Shown here piece by piece: positions 27,786 to 39,200 of a stretch of 64,000 nucleotides of DNA. The notes under the pieces are model-generated. The model was not told where the DNA came from. It saw only the letters and a list, made by a program, of their open reading frames with translations, and ran no database searches. How positions within the stretch are numbered: position 1 is the first letter of the stretch; the number at the start of each line of letters is the position of its first letter. The stretch comes from Balanoglossus misakiensis (taxonomy: Eukaryota; Animalia; Hemichordata): the NCBI GenBank assembly GCA_040954595.2, contig CM082583.2, positions 13,233,764-13,297,763 on the forward strand, read 5' to 3'. Position numbers and translations under genes: made by a program.

Positions 27786-29830
27786 GCCATGCAGCTTTAA
27801 CTGTGCGAGGCTAGTGCTTGTATGTTCCATGACCGAGTGGAGACCAACAGATTCTATGATGTTTCAAGCCAGATGCAACAAGTAAGCCATATTTACATGT
27901 ACATTAAAGCGTCAATCAAGCCTTCCTTAATTGTGGCCATTTTGAGGATGTTTTTCCTGAATCTGACTGGTGCCGGTACCCAGCTCAGCGCAATATGTGG
28001 ATGTCATTTCGGAGTTTTGAAACCAAATTGACGTCTTTTTGTTATTGCACCAACAAGTTCGCCGATTTTGAATGATTCGAAAGGTGCTCGTTATATTGTG
28101 TGTGTGCGTGCGCGTGTGTGTGTGTCAAGGTGAGTTGTATATTCCGGCCATGCAACTGAAACTTCATGAGGTAAGCGCTTGCATGTTCCATGGCTGAATG
28201 AAGACAAGTGGATGATATAAGGTTTCGTAACAAGTAAGTGATATAGACCTAAATAAAATCCCCGGTGGGCCCCATCCCTCTAACCGTCCGTTTATAGGTG
28301 TAGATAGGTGTATGTAATATAATTTGTTTTTAGATTTGTAATCTTTCGTCATTATTCAATAAAAAACTTATTAAAAACATGCATGTACTCACAAAACTGG
28401 GAGTGGTTTATTTCCGTACCGATCATCTTCGCGCGTGATTTTTTGAGATTTGTAATCTTTCGTCATTTTTCAATAAAAAATATTAAAAACATACATGCAC
28501 TGATAAAACTGGGAGTGGTTTATTTCCGTACCGATCATCTTCGCGCGTGCGTATGTTTGATAGGCTGTTTGGGAGATTTGTAATCTTTTGTCGTCCCCAA
28601 ATCGAATAAAATTTTATTTAAAAATACTAGTATAACCTGGGAGTGGTTTATTTGTACCGATCATCTTCGCGCGTGCGTTGTCTGTTAGGCTGTTTAGGAG
28701 ATTTGTAATCTTTTGTCGTCCCCAAATCGAATAAAATTTTATTTAAAAATATTAGTATAACCTGGGAGTGGTTTATTTGTACCGATCATCTGTGCCCGTG
28801 CGTTGTCTGTTGGCAGTGGTCTGTTTTTGAGATTTGTAATCTTGTCTTTTCTCTAACTACAATAAAAGTTTATTACAATATCCTCGTGCGTGTATGTCTG
28901 TTAGCCCGAGTCTGTTATTATAGTAAAATAAGTGTGTACTTATTCTTTCCAGAATTTGTTTTAGATTTGTTATGTTTTTCAATTACTCCAATGTAATTTT
29001 ATTAAAAATTTTCTCTAGGTTTTTGTGATTGTACCTTTTGTATTTTTATTCATTTTTTCTCTATTTTATTGAGTGAAATATATGTTATTTAGAAACGTAA
29101 ATAAATTTGTATTTCCCAGGATGATTACCAAGCTGGTGCAATGCAATTCTATGCTATTTTACCCTAATTGTTGCACGTTTCTTGGAAAGTTTGATATGGT
29201 TGGAACATTTTCTCGAATTTTGCTCAAGGCGCAACATTGGATATTAAATTTATTTGTGTTTACCAAACGTCATAACCAAAATGTGAAAACTATGATAAAT
29301 GTGCATTTTTGTCATTGTATTCTATTGTTTAAATATGATTATTAGATCATCATGCATTGCTTTGTTGTATGTTAAGTGCACATAACACATTGTATATATT
29401 TTGTTTGTGGTCTCCAAACGTTAAATATGTGTTTATTTGAATTCTTGTATATTCAATAAAACTAGAATGAAACGAAACATTTAACTTGTCTGTTATTTTA
29501 TTCAACCAATACTAAGATAATTACTGAAAGTTGTTTGAAAGTCGGTCCTTGATTTGAAAACAAAATCTGTTCTCACTGACCCCAAAAAAGTATCCGATTA
29601 AGGCGATTTGCATCAATTATGAATGATTCTGAAGCCTTGACTGGTGCCTGTACCCAACATTTTGTTGTGACAAAAACACGTTTACTGACTTTGAATGCTT
29701 CGAAAGGTGTTCGTGAGTGTGTCTCTGTGTGTAAGTTGTATGTTCTGGCCATGCGACTGTGACTACATAAGGTAAGTGCTTGTATGTTTCATGGCCGAGT
29801 GAAGACCGGTGGCTGCTATGCGGATTTCCA
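27786..29830. repeat. Diverged local direct repeat in three copies
   Basis: Core GCCATGC...GTGCTTGTATGTTCCATG.C.GAGTG.AGACC at 27786-27845, 28147-28205 and 29748-29807; copies 2 and 3 extend upstream (TGACTGGTGCC at 27964 and 29638). Confidence 0.8.
28332..28975. repeat. Minisatellite, ~115-133-bp unit, about 5 copies
   Basis: Units begin AGATTTGT at 28332, 28446, 28574, 28699, 28830 and 28963; the first four share CTGGGAGTGGTTTATTT(CC)GTACCGATCATCT. Confidence 0.9.
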
Positions 29831-30058
29831 TTGGGAATGAGGCTTTTTCATTTATCCAAGTCCAAAGAATGTAATGTATTTTCTCTGTATTAAAAATATG
29901 AATTTGTTTTCATTTGAAACTGTTTTCAATAAAAAAGAAAAAAAGAAAACTAAGACTTTACTCGTGTCCGTATCAATTATTCAGCCATTGCTAATATAAT
30001 TATTGAAAAATGGTCATAAGTCGGTCCTTGATTTGAAAACAATCGGTTGTCTCATTTA

Positions 30059-30221
30059 CCTGTCAAAAACGACAAATTCCCGACTTTGCAAACTTTGGTG
30101 ATTTTGTAAGCTTTGGACATTTTTTATGGGTTATAGCTCATGAAAACTGTCAAAAACGACAAATTCTCGACTTTGAAATTTTTTTTAGATTTCATCAGTT
30201 TGGGATATTTTTCATGGGTTA
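30059..30221 (+). repeat. About two degenerate satellite monomers, opposite in orientation to the adjoining array
   Basis: TCAAAAACGAC..CGACTTTG...ATGGGTTATAGCTCATGAAAA matches the right-arm orientation of the monomer with many substitutions. Confidence 0.85.
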
Positions 30222-33200
30222 TAACCCATGGTTTTTTCGAAAAAATGAAGAAATTTTGAAAATTCGCAAAGTCGAAAAATTGTCATTTTCGGATGATTTT
30301 CATGAGCTATAACCCATGGTTTTTTCGAAAAAATGAAGAAATTTTGTAAATTCGCAAAGTCGAAAAATTGTCATTTTCGGATGATTTTCATGAGCTATAA
30401 CCCATGTTTTTTTCAAAAAATGACCAAATTTTGAAAATTCATAAAGTCGATAAATCGTCGATTTTTGAACATTTTCCTGAGCTATAACCCATGGTTTTTT
30501 CAAAAAATGACCAAATTTTGAAAATTCGCAAAGTCGAAAAATCGTCGATTTTTGAACATTTTCCTGAGCTATAACCCATGGTTTTTTCAAAAAATGACCA
30601 AATTTTGAAAATTCGCAAAGTCGAAAAATCGTCGATTTTTGAACATTTTCCTGAGCTATAACCCATGGTTTTTTTCAAAAAATGACCAAATTTTGAAAAT
30701 TCGCAAAGTCGAAAAATCCTCGATTTTTGAACATTTTCCTGAGCTATAACCCATGGTTTTTTCAAAAAATGACCAAATTTTGAAAATTCGCAAAGTCGAA
30801 AAATCCTCGATTTTTGAACATTTTCCTGAGCTATAACCCATGGTTTTTTCAAAAAATGACCAAATTTTGAAAATTCGCAAAGTCGAAAAATCCTCGATTT
30901 TTGAACATTTTCCTGAGCTATAACCCATGGTTTTTTCAAAAAATGACCAAATTTTGAAAATTCGCAAAGTCGAAAAATCGTCGATTTTTGAACATTTTCC
31001 TGAGCTATAACCCATGGTTTTTTCAAAAAATGACCAAATTTTGAAAATTCGCAAAGTCGAAAAATCGTCGATTTTTGAACATTTTCCTGAGCTATAACCC
31101 ATGGTTTTTTCAAAAAATGACCAAATTTTGAAAATTCACAAAGTCGAAAAATCGTCGATTTTTGAACATTTTCCTGAGCTATAACCCATGGTTTTTTCAA
31201 AAAATGACCAAATTTTGAAAATTCGCAAAGTCGAAAAATCGTCGATTTTTGAACATTTTCCTGAGCTATAACCCATGGTTTTTTCAAAAAATGACCAAAT
31301 TTTGAAAATTCGCAAAGTCGAAAAATCGTCGATTTTTGAACATTTTCCTGAGCTATAACCCATGGTTTTTTCAAAAAATGACCAAATTTTGAAAATTCGC
31401 AAAGTCGAAAAATCGTCGATTTTTGAACATTTTCCTGAGCTATAACCCATGGTTTTTTCAAAAAATGACCAAATTTTGAAAATTCGCAAAGTCGAAAAAT
31501 CCTCGATTTTTGAACATTTTCCTGAGCTATAACCCATGGTTTTTTCAAAAAATGACCAAATTTTGAAAATTCGCAAAGTCGAAAAATCGTCGATTTTTGA
31601 ACATTTTCCTGAGCTATAACCCATGGTTTTTTTCAAAAAATGACCAAATTTTGAAAATTCGCAAAGTCGAAAAATCGTCGATTTTTGAACATTTTCCTGA
31701 GCTATAACCCATGGTTTTTTTCAAAAAATGACCAAATTTTGAAAATTCGCAAAGTCGAAAAATCGTCGATTTTTGAACATTTTCCTGAGCTATAACCCAT
31801 GGTTTTTTCAAAAAATGACCAAATTTTGAAAATTCGCAAAGTCGAAAAATCGTCGATTTTTGAACATTTTCCTGAGCTATAACCCATGGTTTTTTCAAAA
31901 AATGACCAAATTTTGAAAATTCGCAAAGTCGAAAAATCGTCGATTTTTGAACATTTTCCTGAGCTATAACCCATGGTTTTTTTCAAAAAATGACCAAATT
32001 TTGAAAATTCGCAAAGTCGAAAAATCCTCGATTTTTGAACATTTTCCTGAGCTATAACCCATGGTTTTTTCAAAAAATGACCAAATTTTGAAAATTCGCA
32101 AAGTCGAAAAATCCTCGATTTTTGAACATTTTCCTGAGCTATAACCCATGGTTTTTTCAAAAAATGACCAAATTTTGAAAATTCGCAAAGTCGAAAAATC
32201 GTCGATTTTTGAACATTTTCCTGAGCTATAACCCATGGTTTTTTCAAAAAATGACCAAATTTTGAAAATTCGCAAAGTCGAAAAATCGTCGATTTTTGAA
32301 CATTTTCCTGAGCTATAACCCATGGTTTTTTTCAAAAAATGACCAAATTTTGAAAATTCGCAAAGTCGAAAAATCGTCGATTTTTGAACATTTTCCTGAG
32401 CTATAACCCATGGTTTTTTTCAAAAAATGACCAAATTTTGAAAATTCGCAAAGTCGAAAAATCGTCGATTTTTGAACATTTTCCTGAGCTATAACCCATG
32501 GTTTTTTTCAAAAAATGACCAAATTTTGAAAATTCGCAAAGTCGAAAAATCGTCGATTTTTGAACATTTTCCTGAGCTATAACCCATGGTTTTTTCAAAA
32601 AATGACCAAATTTTGAAAATTCGCAAAGTCGAAAAATCGTCGATTTTTGAACATTTTCCTGAGCTATAACCCATGGTTTTTTCAAAAAATGATCAAATTT
32701 TGAAAATTCGCAAAGTCGAAAATTCCTCGATTTGTGAACATTTTCCTGAGCTATAACCCATGGTTTTTTTCAAAAAATGACCAAATTTTGAAAATTCGCA
32801 AAGTCGAAAAATCCTCGATTTTTGAACATTTTCCTGAGCTATAACCCATGGTTTTTTTCAAAAAATGACCAAATTTTGAAAATTCGCAAAGTCGAAAAAT
32901 CCTCGATTTTTGAACATTTTCCTGAGCTATAACCCATGGTTTTTTTCAAAAAATGACCAAATTTTGAAAATTCGCAAAGTCGAAAAATCCTCGATTTTTG
33001 AACATTTTCCTGAGCTATAACCCATGGTTTTTTTCAAAAAATGACCAAATTTTGAAAATTCGCAAAGTCGAAAAATCGTCGATTTTTGAACATTTTCCTG
33101 AGCTATAACCCATGGTTTTTACAAAAAATGACCAAATTTTGAAAATTCGCAAAGTCGAAAAATCGTCGATTTTTGAACATTTTCCTGAGCTATAACCCAT

Positions 33201-36200
33201 GGTTTTTTTCAAAAAATGACCAAATTTTGAAAATTCGCAAAGTCGAAAAATCGTCGATTTTTGAACATTTTCCTGAGCTATAACCCATGGTTTTTTTCAA
33301 AAAATGACCAAATTTTGAAAATTCGCAAAGTCGAAAAATCGTCGATTTTTGAACATTTTCCTGAGCTATAACCCATGGTTTTTTTCAAAAAATGACCAAA
33401 TTTTGAAAATTCGCAAAGTCGAAAAATCGTCGATTTTTGAACATTTTCCTGAGCTATAACCCATGGTTTTTTCAAAAAATGACCAAATTTTGAAAATTCG
33501 CAAAGTCGAAAAATCGTCGATTTTTGAACATTTTCCTGAGCTATAACCCATGGTTTTTTCAAAAAATGACCAAATTTTGAAAATTCGCAAAGTCGAAAAA
33601 TCCTCGATTTTTGAACATTTTCCTGAGCTATAACCCATGGTTTTTTTCAAAAAATGACCAAATTTTGAAAATTCGCAAAGTCGAAAAATCGTCGATTTTT
33701 GAACATTTTCCTGAGCTATAACCCATGGTTTTTTCAAAAAATGACCAAATTTTGAAAATTCGCAAAGTCGAAAAATCCTCGATTTTTGAACATTTTCCTG
33801 AGCTATAACCCATGGTTTTTTCAAAAAATGACCAAATTTTGAAAATTCGCAAAGTCGAAAAATCCTCGATTTTTGAACATTTTCCTGAGCTATAACCCAT
33901 GGTTTTTTCAAAAAATGACCAAATTTTGAAAATTCGCAAAGTCGAAAAATCCTCGATTTTTGAACATTTTCCTGAGCTATAACCCATGGTTTTTTCAAAA
34001 AATGACCAAATTTTGAAAATTCGCAAAGTCGAAAAATCGTCGATTTTGGAACATTTTCCTGAGCTATAACCCATGGTTTTTTCAAAAAATGACCAAATTT
34101 TGAAAATTCGCAAAGTCGAAAAATCGTCGATTTTTGAACATTTTCCTGAGCTATAACCCATGGTTTTTTTCAAAAAATGACCAAATTTTGAAAATTCGCA
34201 AAGTCGAAAAATCGTCGATTTTTGAACATTTTCCTGAGCTATAACCCATGGTTTTTTCAAAAAATGACCAAATTTTGAAAATTCGCAAAGTCGAAAAATC
34301 GTCGATTTTTGAACATTTTCCTGAGCTATAACCCATGGTTTTTTCAAAAAATGACCAAATTTTGAAAATTCGCAAAGTCGAAAATTCCTCGATTTGTGAA
34401 CATTTTCCTGAGCTATAACCCATGGTTTTTTCAAAAAATGACCAAATTTTGAAAATTCGCAAAGTCGAAAAATCGTCGATTTTTGAACATTTTCCTGAGC
34501 TATAACCCATGGTTTTTTTCAAAAAATGACCAAATTTTGAAAATTCGCAAAGTCGAAAAATCGTCGATTTTTGAACATTTTCCTGAGCTATAACCCATGG
34601 TTTTTTCAAAAAATGACCAAATTTTGAAAATTCGCAAAGTCGAAAAATCGTCGATTTTTGAACATTTTCCTGAGCTATAACCCATGGTTTTTTCAAAAAA
34701 TGACCAAATTTTGAAAATTCGCAAAGTCGAAAATTCCTCGATTTGTGAACATTTTCCTGAGCTATAACCCATGGTTTTTTCAAAAATGACCAAATTTTGA
34801 AAATTCGCAAAGTCGAAAAATCCTCGATTTTTGAACATTTTCCTGAGCTATAACCCATGGTTTTTTCAAAAAATGACCAAATTTTGAAAATTCGCAAAGT
34901 CGAAAAATCGTCGATTTTTGAACATTTTCCTGAGCTATAACCCATGTTTTTTTCAAAAAATGACCAAATTTTGAAAATTCGCAAAGTCGAAAAATCGTCG
35001 ATTTTTGAACATTTTCCTGAGCTATAACCCATGGTTTTTTCAAAAAATGACCAAATTTTGAAAATTCGCAAAGTCGAAAAATCGTCGATTTTTGAACATT
35101 TTCCTGAGCTATAACCCATGGTTTTTTTCAAAAAATGACCAAATTTTGAAAATTCGCAAAGTCGAAAAATCCTCGATTTTTGAACATTTTCCTGAGCTAT
35201 AACCCATGGTTTTTTCAAAAAATGACCAAATTTTGAAAATTCGCAAAGTCGAAAAATCCTCGATTTTTGAACATTTTCCTGAGCTATAACCCATGGTTTT
35301 TTCAAAAAATGACCAAATTTTGAAAATTCGCAAAGTCGAAAATTCCTCGATTTGTGAACATTTTCCTGAGCTATAACCCATGGTTTTTTCAAAAAATGAC
35401 CAAATTTTGAAAATTCGCAAAGTCGAAAAATCGTCGATTTTTGAACATTTTCCTGAGCTATAACCCATGGTTTTTTTCAAAAAATGACCAAATTTTGAAA
35501 ATTCGCAAAGTCGAAAAATCGTCGATTTTTGAACATTTTCCTGAGCTATAACCCATGGTTTTTTCAAAAAATGACCAAATTTTGAAAATTCGCAAAGTCG
35601 AAAAATCGTCGATTTTTGAACATTTTCCTGAGCTATAACCCATGGTTTTTTCAAAAAATGACCAAATTTTGAAAATTCGCAAAGTCGAAAATTCCTCGAT
35701 TTTTGAACATTTTCCTGAGCTATAACCCATGGTTTTTTTCAAAAAATGACCAAATTTTGAAAATTCGCAAAGTCGAAAAATCCTCGATTTTTGAACATTT
35801 TCCTGAGCTATAACCCATGGTTTTTTTCAAAAAATGACCAAATTTTGAAAATTCGCAAAGTCGAAAAATCCTCGATTTTTGAACATTTTCCTGAGCTATA
35901 ACCCATGGTTTTTTTCAAAAAATGACCAAATTTTGAAAATTCGCAAAGTCGAAAAATCCTCGATTTTTGAACATTTTCCTGAGCTATAACCCATGGTTTT
36001 TTTCAAAAAATGACCAAATTTTGAAAATTCGCAAAGTCGAAAAATCGTCGATTTTTGAACATTTTCCTGAGCTATAACCCATGGTTTTTACAAAAAATGA
36101 CCAAATTTTGAAAATTCGCAAAGTCGAAAAATCGTCGATTTTTGAACATTTTCCTGAGCTATAACCCATGGTTTTTTCAAAAAATGACCAAATTTTGAAA

Positions 36201-39200
36201 ATTCGCAAAGTCGAAAAATCGTCGATTTTTGAACATTTTCCTGAGCTATAACCCATGGTTTTTTTCAAAAAATGACCAAATTTTGAAAATTCGCAAAGTC
36301 GAAAAATCGTCGATTTTTGAACATTTTCCTGAGCTATAACCCATGGTTTTTTTCAAAAAATGACCAAATTTTGAAAGTTCGCAAAGTCGAAAAATCCTCG
36401 ATTTTTGAACATTTTCCTGAGCTATAACCCATGGTTTTTTCAAAAAATGACCAAATTTTGAAAATTCGCAAAGTCGAAAAATCCTCGATTTTTGAACATT
36501 TTCCTGAGCTATAACCCATGGTTTTTTCAAAAAATGACCAAATTTTGAAAATTCGCAAAGTCGAAAAATCCTCGATTTTTGAACATTTTCCTGAGCTATA
36601 ACCCATGGTTTTTTTCAAAAAATGACCAAATTTTGAAAATTCGCAAAGTCGAAAAATCCTCGATTTTTGAACATTTTCCTGAGCTATAACCCATGGTTTT
36701 TTCAAAAAATGACCAAATTTTGAAAATTCGCAAAGTCGAAAAATCCTCGATTTTTGAACATTTTCCTGAGCTATAACCCATGGTTTTTTCAAAAAATGAC
36801 CAAATTTTGAAAATTCGCAAAGTCGAAAATTCCTCGATTTGTGAACATTTTCCTGAGCTATAACCCATGGTTTTTTTCAAAAAATGACCAAATTTTGAAA
36901 ATTCGCAAAGTCGAAAAATCGTCGATTTTTGAACATTTTCCTGAGCTATAACCCATGGTTTTTTCAAAAATGACCAAATTTTGAAAATTCGCAAAGTCGA
37001 AAAATCCTCGATTTTTGAACATTTTCCTGAGCTATAACCCATGGTTTTTTCAAAAAATGACCAAATTTTGAAAATTCGCAAAGTCGAAAAATCCTCGATT
37101 TTTGAACATTTTCCTGAGCTATAACCCATGGTTTTTTCAAAAAATGACCAAATTTTGAAAATTCGCCAAGTCGAAAAATCCTCGATTTTTGAACATTTTC
37201 CTGAGCTATAACCCATGGTTTTTTCAAAAAATGACCAAATTTTGAAAATTCGCAAAGTCGAAAAATCGTCGATTTTTGAACATTTTCCTGAGCTATAACC
37301 CATGGTTTTTTCAAAAAATGACCAAATTTTGAAAATTCGCAAAGTCGAAAAATCCTCGATTTTTGAACATTTTCCTGAGCTATAACCCATGGTTTTTTCA
37401 AAAAATGACCAAATTTTGAAAATTCGCAAAGTCGAAAAATCCTCGATTTTTGAACATTTTCCTGAGCTATAACCCATGGTTTTTTCAAAAAATGACCAAA
37501 TTTTGAAAATTCGCAAAGTCGAAAAATCGTCGATTTTTGAACATTTTCCTGAGCTATATATAACCCATGATTTTTTCAAAAAATGACCAAATTTTGAAAA
37601 TTCGCAAAGTCGAAAAATCGTCGATTTTTGAACATTTTCCTGAGCTATAACCCATGGTTTTTTTCAAAAAATGACCAAATTTTGAAAATTCGCAAAGTCG
37701 AAAAATCCTCGATTTTTGAACATTTTCCTGAGCTATAACCCATGGTTTTTTCAAAAAATGACCAAATTTTGAAAATTCGCAAAGTCGAAAAATCCTCGAT
37801 TTTTGAACATTTTCCTGAGCTATAACCCATGGTTTTTTCAAAAAATGACCAAATTTTGAAAATTCGCAAAGTCGAAAAATCCTCGATTTTTGAACATTTT
37901 CCTGAGCTATAACCCATGGTTTTTTTCAAAAAATGACCAAATTTTGAAAATTCGCAAAGTCGAAAAATCGTCGATTTTTGAACATTTTCCTGAGCTATAA
38001 CCCATGGTTTTTTCAAAAAATGACCAAATTTTGAAAATTCGCAAAGTCGAAAAATCCTCGATTTTTGAACATTTTCCTGAGCTATAACCCATGGTTTTTT
38101 CAAAAAATGACCAAATTTTGAAAATTCGCAAAGTCGAAAAATCCTCGATTTTTGAACATTTTCCTGAGCTATAACCCATGGTTTTTTCAAAAAATGACCA
38201 AATTTTGAAAATTCGCAAAGTCGAAAAATCGTCGATTTTTGAACATTTTCCTGAGCTATATAAACCCATGATTTTTTCAAAAAATGACCAAATTTTGAAA
38301 ATTCGCAAAGTCGAAAAATCGTCGATTTTTGAACATTTTCCTGAGCTATAACCCATGGTTTTTTTCAAAAAATGACCAAATTTTGAAAATTCGCAAAGTC
38401 GAAAAATCGTCGATTTTTGAACATTTTCCTGAGCTATAACCCATGGTTTTTTAAAAAAATGACCAAATTTTGAAAATTCGCAAAGTCGAAAAATCCTCGA
38501 TTTTTGAACATTTTCCTGAGCTATAACCCATGGTTTTTTCAAAAAATGACCAAATTTTGAAAATTCGCAAAGTCGAAAAATCGTCGATTTTTGAACATTT
38601 TCCTGAGCTATAACCCATGGTTTTTTCAAAAAATGACCAAATTTTGAAAATTCGCAAAGTCGAAAAATCCTCGATTTTTGAACATTTTCCTGAGCTATAA
38701 CCCATGGTTTTTTCAAAAAATGACCAAATTTTGAAAATTCGCAAAGTCGAAAAATCCTCGATTTTTGAACATTTTCCTGAGCTATAACCCATGGTTTTTT
38801 CAAAAAATGACCAAATTTTGAAAATTCGCAAAGTCGAAAAATCCTCGATTTTTGAACATTTTCCTGAGCTATAACCCATGGTTTTTTTCAAAAAATGACC
38901 AAATTTTGAAAATTCGCAAAGTCGAAAAATCCTCGATTTTTGAACATTTTCCTGAGCTATAACCCATGGTTTTTTCAAAAAATGACCAAATTTTGAAAAT
39001 TCGCAAAGTCGAAAAATCCTCCATTTTTGAACATTTTCCTGAGCTATAACCCATGGTTTTTTCAAAAAATGACCAAATTTTGAAAATTCGCAAAGTCGAA
39101 AAATCGTCGATTTTTGAACATTTTCCTGAGCTATAACCCATGGTTTTTTCAAAAAATGACCAAATTTTGAAAATTCGCAAAGTCGAAAAATCGTCGATTT

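Noticed and set aside
30524-30540. CENP-B box in the monomer (TTCGCAAAGTCGAAA)
   Set aside because: Spacing is 6 nt instead of 7 and the CGGG of TTCGnnnnAnnCGGG is missing.
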